DNA from: Flavobacteriales bacterium
GTDB taxonomy: Bacteria > Bacteroidota > Bacteroidia > Palsa-965
Assembly: GCA_040377305.1 (NCBI GenBank)
Contig: JBEIPA010000023.1
Span: forward strand, 1 to 64,000
Direction: 5' to 3'
DNA length: 64,000 bases
The number at the start of each line of letters is the position of its first letter. The stretch's first letter is position 1. The translations under genes and the position numbers were made by a program. The notes below the pieces were generated by a model that saw nothing but the letters and a program-made list of their open reading frames with translations, was not told the origin of the DNA and made no database searches. Of the stretch, positions 9,577-18,724 are shown in pieces.

Positions 9577-10317
9577 ATGAATTCTTTTCGCCGCATTTTC
9601 GTTGGAATATGCCTTCTGGTTTCTGCAGGAATTTCTGCACAGCAACAGGGCGAAGTCAATTCTATGGCTACGGGTGTTGAATACACGCGTCCGGTTCCAG
9701 GCAAAGGCATTAATCTGCACGCCGATTACGTTTACGCGGTGATCAATAACCGTTACGAAGTCGAACGACAGTACAAATCGGGAGTAGGAGTGGGATTGGT
9801 TTACCGCAGCGGACAATGGTTTTCTTTGAGTGCTGTGCTCACTAAGTTCCAGACTCATGATGTGCGTTCGCTCGACAATTGTCAGGCATGGAATTTTGAT
9901 ATCGACGGACAGCTTTCCATGCGCATATCCGAAAGTGATTTATACTTCCGAATGGTTTCTGGTGTTGGGTACGTGGACTGGAAAGGTTATTACGTTGGTC
10001 CGAACCTGAACGATCAGAATCACTACTACATTGGAAAACTGCTGAACGATAGATTCTGGACAGCAAACATAGGCTGGGGCTTTTCTCATTACTTCTGCAG
10101 GCAACGACTTGAAGGTTTTGGCGACTTTCGTTTAAAGTTCGCTGCTGATCCGAGGGTGATGTTTTCGATCCGCGATACACAATTTCACTTCGGCTTACGT
10201 TATTCCATAGCGAGAGAGCAAAAGGAATCAGTGAAAGGGAAAGATGGTAACGGAAAACGTAAAACGAAACACGACAAGAAGCGTAGAGTTTACAAATGGG
10301 TGAAAGACAGATCATGA
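9577..10317 (+). CDS. Probable outer-membrane beta-barrel protein
   Basis: Signal peptide, alternating aromatic beta-strands (FHFGLRYSI), basic C-terminal tail. Confidence 0.65.
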   Translation: MNSFRRIFVGICLLVSAGISAQQQGEVNSMATGVEYTRPVPGKGINLHADYVYAVINNRYEVERQYKSGVGVGLVYRSGQWFSLSAVLTKFQTHDVRSLDNCQAWNFDIDGQLSMRISESDLYFRMVSGVGYVDWKGYYVGPNLNDQNHYYIGKLLNDRFWTANIGWGFSHYFCRQRLEGFGDFRLKFAADPRVMFSIRDTQFHFGLRYSIAREQKESVKGKDGNGKRKTKHDKKRRVYKWVKDRS

Positions 10318-11054
10318 TCCTGAAGAAAATAGGAATGGCAGTTTTACTGTTTTGCGGAGCGAATGCTTTTGCACAAACGAGTGCTGTGCCTATTATCACT
10401 TTCACAGGAACCTGTTATGACATAAATGATTCATTGTCACAGCCCGCGCCGATTGTAGTAAACAAAAGGACCGGAACTGGTCATGCGTTTATGCCCGGTG
10501 CAGTTTTCTCCATTCAAGGATGGAAGACTGATACGTTCCTTGTAACAGCTGGTGGCTATGAGTTTGTCCGTTTTTGCTTTAACGATTCTATGTCGCGCTC
10601 AGGTTATTATGAGCGTGTGGGATTAACGCTCAAAATGAATCAGTTAAACGCGGTTACTATTTTCCCTGTTAAAGACTTGCAGACTATCAAACAGGATAGA
10701 CAGAATCTTGGGGTTGCACAAACAAATACTACCCAAGGTGCAGCCGACGCTATGTCAAGTCCGATTACGTATTTGTACGAGCGGTTCAGTCAGGAAGGAA
10801 GATCAAAAGCTTTAGTAGCCCAGCTAGAAAACCAGGATCGTTACCATGCAGTATTGAAGGATCTGTTCCGTACCTACAATCGGGCAGGGGTAATGAATCT
10901 ACCGGAAACAGAATTCGATTCCTTTATTCTGTATCTCGCGATGCCGGAGTGGTATCTGAAATCGGCATCAGACTATCAGCTCGCTGTTACCATTAAACAG
11001 CGATATGACCAGTTCATGTACGCTAAGAATCTGCACAACCAGAATCAGAAGTAA
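10314..11054 (+). CDS. Exported protein with CarboxypepD_reg-like N-terminal domain
   Basis: Signal peptide, FTGTCYD...VVNKRTGTG...DTFLVTAGGY, SPITYLYERFS; ATGA overlap with upstream gene. Confidence 0.65.
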   Translation: MILKKIGMAVLLFCGANAFAQTSAVPIITFTGTCYDINDSLSQPAPIVVNKRTGTGHAFMPGAVFSIQGWKTDTFLVTAGGYEFVRFCFNDSMSRSGYYERVGLTLKMNQLNAVTIFPVKDLQTIKQDRQNLGVAQTNTTQGAADAMSSPITYLYERFSQEGRSKALVAQLENQDRYHAVLKDLFRTYNRAGVMNLPETEFDSFILYLAMPEWYLKSASDYQLAVTIKQRYDQFMYAKNLHNQNQK

Positions 11055-11093
11055 TATCTGAAGTTGATCCGGCAACGCTTACATTTGTTGCGG

Positions 11094-11804
11094 ATGAAGA
11101 AGTTGTATTTCCTGTTTCTACTTGTACTTGTTTATTCATGCGGATCAAAACCCGAAACGGTTAGTGATACGGTGAAGAAAGATTCTGGAGTGAAAGTTCC
11201 CGTGAAAATTGATTCTTTGCGTAAGAAATTGACTTACCCAAAAGTCATGTCTGTAGTACGCAAAACCGCTTACGATGATTTTTACGTCCGGGTTGAAGAC
11301 TCTGCATACTTCTGCAATTACAAAGGTTTGTTTCAAAGTGCCGATACTTTGGGCAACCGTAAATCAAGACTGTTTGATCTCAAAGCCGGTTACCTGATTG
11401 ATCTCGTCTATTTTATGCCGCTATCGGATAATCAGTTTTTTGTAGCATGGCAGGAGACCGATCACAAAGGAGTATTTTCACATTTCGCGGTATACAACAG
11501 GGGGAAAGATACTCCAGCCTGGAAGCGGTCGATCAAAGCGCATTCACCCGGGCAGCCGGTGATCGATTCATCTGACGTATACATTTCTACTTTGGGCATG
11601 GTTGGCAAAGTTGATATCGCCACTGGAACATTGAAGTGGCAGCATGATTCGCTGTTCGACCCAATTTCATTAAGGTTCAAGCAGTTTGAGAGACCGATCT
11701 TGTATACCAACACGGCCTGTTTTTATGATATGCCTATCAAAGGCAAGAAAAACAAACGCGACACGGTTTGGGTGAATGAAAGCAGTGGAAAAATTGTTCG
11801 TTAG
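11094..11804 (+). CDS. Lipoprotein with PQQ/BamB-like beta-propeller fragment
   Basis: Lipobox VYSC, PVIDSSDVYI..GKVDIATGTLKW; TACATTTG -7 box at 11080-11087. Confidence 0.7.
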   Translation: MKKLYFLFLLVLVYSCGSKPETVSDTVKKDSGVKVPVKIDSLRKKLTYPKVMSVVRKTAYDDFYVRVEDSAYFCNYKGLFQSADTLGNRKSRLFDLKAGYLIDLVYFMPLSDNQFFVAWQETDHKGVFSHFAVYNRGKDTPAWKRSIKAHSPGQPVIDSSDVYISTLGMVGKVDIATGTLKWQHDSLFDPISLRFKQFERPILYTNTACFYDMPIKGKKNKRDTVWVNESSGKIVR

Positions 11805-11821
11805 CTGAGGGTTAAATCAAT

Positions 11822-11829
11822 TACCTTTG
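11822..11829 (+). promoter_or_regulatory. Bacteroidota sigma-A -7 element for pyrR-pyrB
   Basis: TACCTTTG matches TAnnTTTG, 11 nt upstream of the pyrR ATG. Confidence 0.6.
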
Positions 11830-11840
11830 GCGTCTAGGCA

Positions 11841-12374
11841 ATGGCACCTAGACTCCTCTTCACTCCGCAGCAGCTCAATATTACGATCAATCGACTTTGT
11901 CATCAGTTGATCGAGATTCACGATGACTTTTCTAACTCCGTAATCATTGGTTTACAGCCGAGAGGTGTGTTTTTAGCGCGTCGTATTCACGAAACACTGC
12001 AGAGCATTCTTCAAAAGAATGATGTGCGGTTTGGCCAACTCGATGTTACCTTTTATCGGGACGACTTCCGTAAGAAAGATCTTGTTCCGAATAAAACCCA
12101 GATTGATTTTATAATTGAAGACAAGAACGTGGTCCTGATCGACGATGTTCTGTATACCGGACGCACCATTCGTTCCGGCCTCGATGCAATGATGGCATTT
12201 GGTCGCCCGAAAGATGTTGAGTTATTGGTTCTGATTGATCGCCGTTTTAGCCGCAACCTTCCTATACAGGCTAAGTATGCCGGAAGAACGGTTGACACGA
12301 TTTCAACTGAAAATGTAAAAGTAGATTGGAAAGAAACCGGTGGTGAAGATCACGTTTGGTTAATTACACAATAG
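11841..12374 (+). CDS. pyrR: Bifunctional pyr regulator / uracil phosphoribosyltransferase PyrR
   Basis: LDVTFYRDD, VVLIDDVLYTGRTIR, LIDRRFSRNLPIQA; directly upstream of pyrB. Confidence 0.93.
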   Translation: MAPRLLFTPQQLNITINRLCHQLIEIHDDFSNSVIIGLQPRGVFLARRIHETLQSILQKNDVRFGQLDVTFYRDDFRKKDLVPNKTQIDFIIEDKNVVLIDDVLYTGRTIRSGLDAMMAFGRPKDVELLVLIDRRFSRNLPIQAKYAGRTVDTISTENVKVDWKETGGEDHVWLITQ

Positions 12375-12377
12375 AGA

Positions 12378-13310
12378 ATGTCGAAACGATTAAGTGTAAA
12401 TCACCTTTTAGGAATTCGCCAGGTAACGCGGGATGATATTCAGCTCATTCTCGATACGGCGGTTCAATTCAAAGACGTGATCAATCGTCCGATCAAAAAA
12501 GTTCCCTCACTACGTGACATTACAATTGCCAACCTCTTTTTTGAAAACTCAACGCGCACCCGTGTGTCGTTCGAGCTCGCACAAAAACGGCTTTCTGCGG
12601 ATACGGTAAACTTCTCGGCTTCCACTTCATCAGTCAAGAAAGGGGAGACGCTCATTGATACCGTAAACAACATCCTTGCGATGAAAGTCGACATGGTAGT
12701 GATGCGTCACCCCAATCCGGGAGCCTGCATTTTCCTGTCGCGACACATTAAGGCAAGTATTGTAAACGCAGGTGACGGAGCGCATGAACATCCAACACAA
12801 GCACTGCTCGATGCGTTTTCAATCCGCGAAAGATTGGGCGATCTGGAAGGCAAGAAAGTGGCGATCATAGGCGACATTCTGCACTCGCGGGTTGCCTTGT
12901 CAAACATCTATCTGCTCAAAAAAATGGGAGCAGAGGTCATGGTTTGCGGACCAACAACACTCATTCCGCGCTACATTTCAAGCCTTGGTGTAAAGGTTGA
13001 ACATGATCTTCGCAAAGCATTGAAATGGTGTGATGTAGCAAACATGTTGCGCATTCAATTAGAACGTCAGGATATCAAATATTTCCCATCACTTCGCGAG
13101 TATACCATGCAGTATGGTTTGACGATGGATCACCTCAGGAGTCTGGACAAAGAAATCATTGTCATGCACCCGGGGCCTATTAACCGTGGTGTAGAAATCA
13201 CGAGTGAAGTTGCCGATTCCAAACAGGCAATTATTCTGGATCAGGTTGAAAATGGAGTAGCGGTAAGGATGGCTGTTTTGTATCTGCTTGCCTCCCGGAC
13301 AGAAAACTAG
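12378..13310 (+). CDS. pyrB: Aspartate carbamoyltransferase catalytic subunit
   Basis: [39 protein letters not shown]. Confidence 0.97.
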   Translation: MSKRLSVNHLLGIRQVTRDDIQLILDTAVQFKDVINRPIKKVPSLRDITIANLFFENSTRTRVSFELAQKRLSADTVNFSASTSSVKKGETLIDTVNNILAMKVDMVVMRHPNPGACIFLSRHIKASIVNAGDGAHEHPTQALLDAFSIRERLGDLEGKKVAIIGDILHSRVALSNIYLLKKMGAEVMVCGPTTLIPRYISSLGVKVEHDLRKALKWCDVANMLRIQLERQDIKYFPSLREYTMQYGLTMDHLRSLDKEIIVMHPGPINRGVEITSEVADSKQAIILDQVENGVAVRMAVLYLLASRTEN

Positions 13311-14062
13311 AGTCCGAAGCAGAAACTTGCGCGGACTCCCCAGCTATTGATTCCACCTTTGAAATAGTCTTTTGAATAAGTCGAGGGATTATTCGGATTC
13401 AAACTTTCACGATCATCTGCAACAGAAACTTTCCAGAACGAAAGTGCATAAAATGGTTCAATGCAAATTGCTTTACTCTGGCCAATTGCAATCGGTAATG
13501 CAACTTTACCTCCGAGGTAAAAGTGATCTTGTATTCCGGAAGTAGTTTGTCCGAAAGGAATGAGAAAGAGCATTCTCCATGCGGTTGCAGCTGCTCGTTC
13601 AGCAGCACTTTCAGTCGTGGATCGCAAAACCACAGAATTGATCGTAAGACCACCGATTATACCGAAACGGAATTTCTCACTATTCACCAGATAAGTTCCC
13701 ATCATTAGTTCGAACCCGCGATTCTTAATGATATAGCTTAAATCAAGAGTATTACCTGCCGAATCTGTTCCTTCAACGTGCACATTGGTTTTAAATCCTG
13801 AAAGATTGTATTGTAAAATCAAACGCTCCGAACTGACACCAATGCCAATTGAGGCTCCGTACCGCCGTGGAATCACATCTGCTTTCTGTGTAAGCCATGG
13901 GCGTAATTCATTAAACTCTGAAAACAAATTCTTATACCCTGTCCATTCGCCGGAACCGATAGCGAAACCTATGTTCAGTGACGCACCGTCATTAACTTGT
14001 GCTCTGGCACTGATCACGGCAAGAAAGAAGACGAAACCAAGAAGTGTCCTTTGAATTTTCAT
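13307..14062 (-). CDS. Probable outer-membrane beta-barrel protein
   Basis: Signal peptide, amphipathic beta-strands, C-terminal [11 protein letters not shown]. Confidence 0.6.
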   Translation of the reverse strand: MKIQRTLLGFVFFLAVISARAQVNDGASLNIGFAIGSGEWTGYKNLFSEFNELRPWLTQKADVIPRRYGASIGIGVSSERLILQYNLSGFKTNVHVEGTDSAGNTLDLSYIIKNRGFELMMGTYLVNSEKFRFGIIGGLTINSVVLRSTTESAAERAAATAWRMLFLIPFGQTTSGIQDHFYLGGKVALPIAIGQSKAICIEPFYALSFWKVSVADDRESLNPNNPSTYSKDYFKGGINSWGVRASFCFGL

Positions 14063-14406
14063 ATCCAGGTATTAAGTTGATTCGGATAAAGATGAAAAAT
14101 TATATTGGTGTGGAGAATAGCCAATTCGTGTGACTTCAAGGCGAATTTCATTCCCATGCAGAAGCAAAACTCAAAACCATTTTCGTATCGATGAGAATCC
14201 CGGTAAACTCCGATAATCCTGATTTCCAAAAGATGAACTATTACTGAACATTTCGGACCTATACCAGGCCTTTGCGTATCCAGCAGACAGAGGAGAATCC
14301 TGGTACCTAGGCAAATTTGATTTTTTCGCAATAAGCCCCCGCCTTATTATTACTGAACAGTGTAATTCGCCATTTTTGTCTAGAAAAAGTACTATTTTTG
14401 CTAAGT

Positions 14407-14778
14407 ATGAATCAACCTTTTACCGTTGAACGTGGAGATCGCTACACTTTAATCAAAGTGTCGGCAGATAAACTGGACACACTGGTTGCGCCAGCGTTGA
14501 AATCTGAGCTCGTGGTGCTGAATGCTGATGGCGTTCGTAACCTGATTATTGATCTCGGAGAAACACGCTATTGCGATTCTTCCGGATTGAGCTCCATTCT
14601 CGTTGCAAATCGTCTTTGCAAAAACGCCAACGGAACTCTGGTACTTTCCGGACTACAGGATCCTGTTAAAAAACTGATTGCAATTTCTCAGTTGGATTCT
14701 ATATTAAAAATTACATCGGGTGTAGCTGCCGCCATTGATGCGATCGTAGCTGCTGATGTTGAGAATAACGCTGATTAA
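14407..14778 (+). CDS. STAS-domain anti-sigma factor antagonist
   Basis: LIIDLGETRYCDSSGLSSIL (DSSG phospho-Ser motif); TATTTTTG -7 box at 14393-14400. Confidence 0.88.
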   Translation: MNQPFTVERGDRYTLIKVSADKLDTLVAPALKSELVVLNADGVRNLIIDLGETRYCDSSGLSSILVANRLCKNANGTLVLSGLQDPVKKLIAISQLDSILKITSGVAAAIDAIVAADVENNAD

Positions 14779-14794
14779 CTCCCAACATTTTTTC

Positions 14795-15565
14795 ATGAAA
14801 AAACTTTACTTCATTTCCATTCTTGCGCTGTCTTCTATCGCCGCTGGTGCACAGTGTGTGATCAACCAAAGTGTATTTTCAGGCCCGAACGATTACCGTA
14901 TTCTTCCGGACACAGTAACTAACATACCATGGGCAACAGTGACTGTACCTTATTCAACTGACCTTCAGTTTCACGTTGATCCCGATACAGTAACTCCGCT
15001 TGGAACTTTCCCAATTGTGCAGGTACAAATCGACAGCATCGTTGGCATTCCGGCAGGTTTCTCGTACTCTACGAATCCAGTAAATGGAACCTTCCCTGGT
15101 GGAAGCTATGGTTGCGCGAACTTTACCGGCCTTGCAACTGCAGGACAGGAATTGGGCGGACCAAATTCTGACGGTGCATATCCAGTCGTGATTCATTTCA
15201 CAGCAACTGTGAACGTGTTCAGTGTACCTCAGGAGTTTCCTGCAACAAAAACAGGTTACATTCTACACATTCAGGCTGCGAACAACGTTCCATCTGTAAC
15301 TGGTGTAAACTTCACAGTTAGCCAGAGCGCACCGAACCCTGCAGATTCAAAAGCAGATTTTGTGTACATGAACCCATCAAACGGAAATGTGCAGTTCACT
15401 TTGTATAACATCCTTGGTGAGAATGTACGTTCAACAACATTGAGCGCTACAAAAGGCGAAAACCGCTACTCACTGAACACTTCTGATCTTCCTGCAGGAG
15501 TTTACCTGTATACATTCCGTTCAGGTACTTCAACAGTTACACGCAGGATGACTGTGTCGCACTAA
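14795..15565 (+). CDS. T9SS type A sorting-domain protein
   Basis: Signal peptide; C-terminal PNPA...LYNILG...LPAGVYLY..RRMTV CTD. Confidence 0.85.
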   Translation: MKKLYFISILALSSIAAGAQCVINQSVFSGPNDYRILPDTVTNIPWATVTVPYSTDLQFHVDPDTVTPLGTFPIVQVQIDSIVGIPAGFSYSTNPVNGTFPGGSYGCANFTGLATAGQELGGPNSDGAYPVVIHFTATVNVFSVPQEFPATKTGYILHIQAANNVPSVTGVNFTVSQSAPNPADSKADFVYMNPSNGNVQFTLYNILGENVRSTTLSATKGENRYSLNTSDLPAGVYLYTFRSGTSTVTRRMTVSH

Positions 15566-16494
15566 TGGCATCACGTTTCGAGCTTACTATCCTCGGAACG
15601 AGTTCCGCTACTCCCACTTCAAAAAGATTTCCGACAGCTCAGGTACTCAATGTATCTGAGCGTCTTTTTTTGATCGACTGCGGAGAAGGAGCTCAGATTC
15701 AGTTGCGTCGCTACCACGTGCGGTTCCAGCGAATCAATCATATTTTCATCAGTCACTTGCACGGAGATCATTTCTTCGGATTGATGGGTCTGATTTCTTC
15801 CTTACACCTTCTTGGCCGACAAAAGAACCTCACCATCTATTCTCCGAAAGGATTGCGCGAGATTGTAGAACTGCAACTGAATTACACCGGCACAGTTCTG
15901 AGCTACCAGATTGATTGGGTCGAGCTCGATACAAATAAACCGAAGTTGATCTACGAAGATTCGCAGGTTGAAGTGAGCACCATCATTCTCCATCACCGCA
16001 TTGCGTGTTGCGGATTCCTGTTCCGTGAAAAGGAAAGACCATTGTCTCTCATTAAAGAGAAACTCCAGGAGTATGGCGTTCCGGTAGTATTATATCACGC
16101 ACTAAAACGCGGTGAAGATATAACCCTTGAAGATGGCCGCGTTTTACAGAATAAAGAACTTACACGCGAACGTGCCAAGCCTCGCAGCTACGCCTATTGC
16201 TCGGATACGCGCTACAATCTGAAAGTTGCAGAAGCGGTGAAGGAAGTCGACTTACTGTATCATGAAGCAACCTTTCTGCATGCGTTGATCGACAGGGCGG
16301 AGAAGACAGCACACTCAACTGCACTCGAAGCCGGCAAGATTGCCGCGATGGCCAAAGTTGGTAAGCTGCTGATTGGGCATTATTCAGTCAGATATAATGA
16401 CCTGGAACCTTTGCTTACTGAAGCGCGTTCAGAGTTCCCTGAAACTCAACTTTCTGAAGAAGGCATGACGATCTCAGTTGGTAACTGGGCATAG
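15565..16494 (+). CDS. rnz: Ribonuclease Z
   Basis: LIDCGEG, IFISHLHGDH, YCSDT, HEATF, HST, GHYS motifs. Confidence 0.95.
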   Translation: MASRFELTILGTSSATPTSKRFPTAQVLNVSERLFLIDCGEGAQIQLRRYHVRFQRINHIFISHLHGDHFFGLMGLISSLHLLGRQKNLTIYSPKGLREIVELQLNYTGTVLSYQIDWVELDTNKPKLIYEDSQVEVSTIILHHRIACCGFLFREKERPLSLIKEKLQEYGVPVVLYHALKRGEDITLEDGRVLQNKELTRERAKPRSYAYCSDTRYNLKVAEAVKEVDLLYHEATFLHALIDRAEKTAHSTALEAGKIAAMAKVGKLLIGHYSVRYNDLEPLLTEARSEFPETQLSEEGMTISVGNWA

Positions 16495-16553
16495 TTCAAA
16501 AAAATCGACAAGTATCATTTGGAATTCCCGATCTGAACACTAGTTTTGTACCG

Positions 16554-16576
16554 TTATTTATATTTAGTCTAAATAA
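16554..16576. promoter_or_regulatory. AT-rich palindromic operator, Fur-family-like box
   Basis: TTATTTATATTTAGTCTAAATAA, ending 2 nt before the ATG of the LuxR regulator. Confidence 0.6.
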
Positions 16577-16578
16577 AC

Positions 16579-17247
16579 ATGGCGATTCGCATTCTATTGA
16601 TTCACAACCACTTTCTGGTTCGCGCGGGACTCAAAAACCTGATTTCGGGTAATGCTGAGCTTGAATTTGCAGGAGAGTTGGAAAGTGTTGAGCAGGTTTC
16701 CGGCTGTAAGGCGAAGAATGTGGATGTGGTCGTGTTCAATTTCAAGGATCTCGAAACCGGGATTGTGAACATGCCGAAGTATCAGTCCTTGTTTCCAAAT
16801 GCAAAGTTCCTTTCGATTTCATACATGCCTTCACGCTTCGAAGTGACTGAAGGATTGACCAAAGGTGTACTGAGTTTCCTGCTTCCTGATTGTGACAGCG
16901 AGGAAATTACGGAGTCGCTTAAGGCAACGGCTGCAGGTGAACAATTCTTCTGCGGAAAGATTCTTTCTCAAGTCATGCAGTCGCAAGACGAGGCTATTCC
17001 AGCTTCTGAATTTGTATGCGACGGTATCAAAATTTCTTCACGCGAATCAGAGATCATACGTCTTGTTGCAGAAGGATTGACGAACAAAGAAATCGCAGAT
17101 CGTTTGTTCCTGAGTGCGCACACAGTTACCACGCATCGCAAGAATATTATGGCGAAGCTTGGCGTAAATAACACGGCAGGACTGGTGTTGTTTGCAATCC
17201 GTAACAGCATTGTAACGCCGAACCACTTCCTTTTCAGCGGCAATTAA
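16579..17247 (+). CDS. NarL/LuxR-family regulator with degenerate (pseudo) receiver domain
   Basis: C-terminal SSRESEIIRLVAEGLTNKEIADRLFLSAHTVTTHRKNIMAKL HTH; the REC domain lacks the DD, D and K residues. Confidence 0.88.
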   Translation: MAIRILLIHNHFLVRAGLKNLISGNAELEFAGELESVEQVSGCKAKNVDVVVFNFKDLETGIVNMPKYQSLFPNAKFLSISYMPSRFEVTEGLTKGVLSFLLPDCDSEEITESLKATAAGEQFFCGKILSQVMQSQDEAIPASEFVCDGIKISSRESEIIRLVAEGLTNKEIADRLFLSAHTVTTHRKNIMAKLGVNNTAGLVLFAIRNSIVTPNHFLFSGN

Positions 17248-17380
17248 TCATTTCAACATTTGTGTATGGATAACGTTCTGGCGATCAAAACGTCGGCTTT
17301 CAGCTATTCGGTACTTTTCAGGGTGAGTAATCCGGGCGTTTAGTCAGGATTCACGATTGCCATACTGAAAATAAAATCGA

Positions 17381-18226
17381 ATGAGTAAAATCCTGATTGC
17401 CGATAGCGGTTCAACAAAGACCGAATGGACTCTTCTCGAAGATAACCTGGTTGTGAAGTCTCTTTACACAGAAGGCATCAATCCCAATCAGGCGAAAGAC
17501 GAAGTGATTGCGAAGATGCTGCTCAAAACAGAATTGCGTAGTTGGGCACCCACACACATTCACTTTTATGGTTCTGGATGCGGTAGTGCAGGAGGTAAGG
17601 CGATTGTAAAAAGTGCGTTCGATGCAATTTTCACTTCTGCACAAATAACCATTGAATCCGATTTGTTTGCTGCGGCCCGCGCATTGTGCGGTTCAGAAAA
17701 AGGAATAGTTGCTATTATGGGTACGGGCTCTTCTTCGTGTTTGTACGATGGAGTAAAGATTGTGGAGCAACGTCCTTCACTCGGATTCATTCTGGGCGAT
17801 GAAGGGAGCGGAGCTGTTCTCGGAAAAATGTTCATCCGCAAATTATTATACGGTGAACTTCCGAAAGAAATGACCGAAAAGTTTTACGAAGAGTTCCCGA
17901 TTGATAAGGATGCGATCATCGCTCGTGTTTACCGGGAGGCTTACCCGAATCGGTTCCTGGCAACATTTGCCGAATTCATAGCACAGTACAAACATCAGGC
18001 GGCTATCAACGAAATCATCCGGGAGAATTTCAACTCATTCATTAGATCGCATCTGTCTCGCTATACAAATGCAAAAGAATATCCCATTCACTTCACCGGT
18101 TCAGTAGCGCATCACTTTTCAGAAGAGATGTTCGGACTTCTGCGATGGAATGGATATGTACCGGGCACAGTAGAGCAATCGCCAATGGGAGGTTTGATTC
18201 GTTATCATCAACACAACCAGAAATGA
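17381..18226 (+). CDS. BadF/BadG/BcrA/BcrD-type ATPase, probable N-acetylglucosamine kinase
   Basis: IADSGSTKTEW, IMGTGSSS, LGFILGDEGSG. Confidence 0.85.
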   Translation: MSKILIADSGSTKTEWTLLEDNLVVKSLYTEGINPNQAKDEVIAKMLLKTELRSWAPTHIHFYGSGCGSAGGKAIVKSAFDAIFTSAQITIESDLFAAARALCGSEKGIVAIMGTGSSSCLYDGVKIVEQRPSLGFILGDEGSGAVLGKMFIRKLLYGELPKEMTEKFYEEFPIDKDAIIARVYREAYPNRFLATFAEFIAQYKHQAAINEIIRENFNSFIRSHLSRYTNAKEYPIHFTGSVAHHFSEEMFGLLRWNGYVPGTVEQSPMGGLIRYHQHNQK

Positions 18227-18317
18227 TTTGAAAATTTGAATATTCGAAAATTTGAGATGACCAAGGTTTTCCAATAGTCCCCCGATTTTCAAATCTTCAA
18301 ATCTCGAATCTTCGAAT
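18225..18317. repeat. Inverted arms of 8-mer ATTTGAAA/ATTCGAAA microrepeats
   Basis: gatttgaaaatttgaatattcgaaaatttgagat ... ttttcaaatcttcaaatctcgaatcttcgaat, between convergent genes. Confidence 0.8.
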
Positions 18318-18724
18318 TACTTCTTAGTGGAGAAGTACTTTTTTAATGGTGTCCAATAGAAATCCTTCCATCCCGTCACAAAATTCTTTGCAATCGCAAC
18401 CGGAACTTCTTCGTGAAGAAAATTAATTTTCGTGCCGCCTTTTACTTCCCTTAACTCGAAGGTAATTTTCGATTCGTGTCCTGCAGGCCATTTGTCTTCC
18501 ATCGCAATCCACGTCTGCACGATCGACTTGCCCGGCTTGAGTTCAACGTTTCTGCCAATGATGTAGCCGTCGTAAGTATAATATGCATCACCAACTTTCT
18601 TACCCATTTTTGCTTGTGCTCCTGTAAACTTTGAATGTTTTGCAGACGACATAAGTGCGGAGTAAACTTCTTTCGGAGAAGCAGGAATGGTGGTGGATTG
18701 TTTGATTGTGGTGGTTTTACTCAT
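18317..18724 (-). CDS. SRPBCC/AHSA1-like domain protein
   Basis: ASPKEVYSAL, ELKPGKSIVQTW, GTKINFLHEEVP, GWKDFYW. Confidence 0.85.
   Translation of the reverse strand: MSKTTTIKQSTTIPASPKEVYSALMSSAKHSKFTGAQAKMGKKVGDAYYTYDGYIIGRNVELKPGKSIVQTWIAMEDKWPAGHESKITFELREVKGGTKINFLHEEVPVAIAKNFVTGWKDFYWTPLKKYFSTKK

Noticed and set aside
11805-11840. PyrR-binding attenuator upstream of pyrR-pyrB
   Set aside because: The intergenic gap is only 36 nt, with the -7 box 11 nt from the ATG; there is no room for a terminator/antiterminator leader.
14258-14311. c-di-GMP-I riboswitch (ACGCAAAG-like words on the minus strand)
   Set aside because: The GGCAAAC/GNRA P2 architecture is missing; kept only as an unexplained hairpin.
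14059-14331. 90-aa ORF upstream of the barrel gene
   Set aside because: TTG start, atypical composition and no motif; more likely regulatory DNA.
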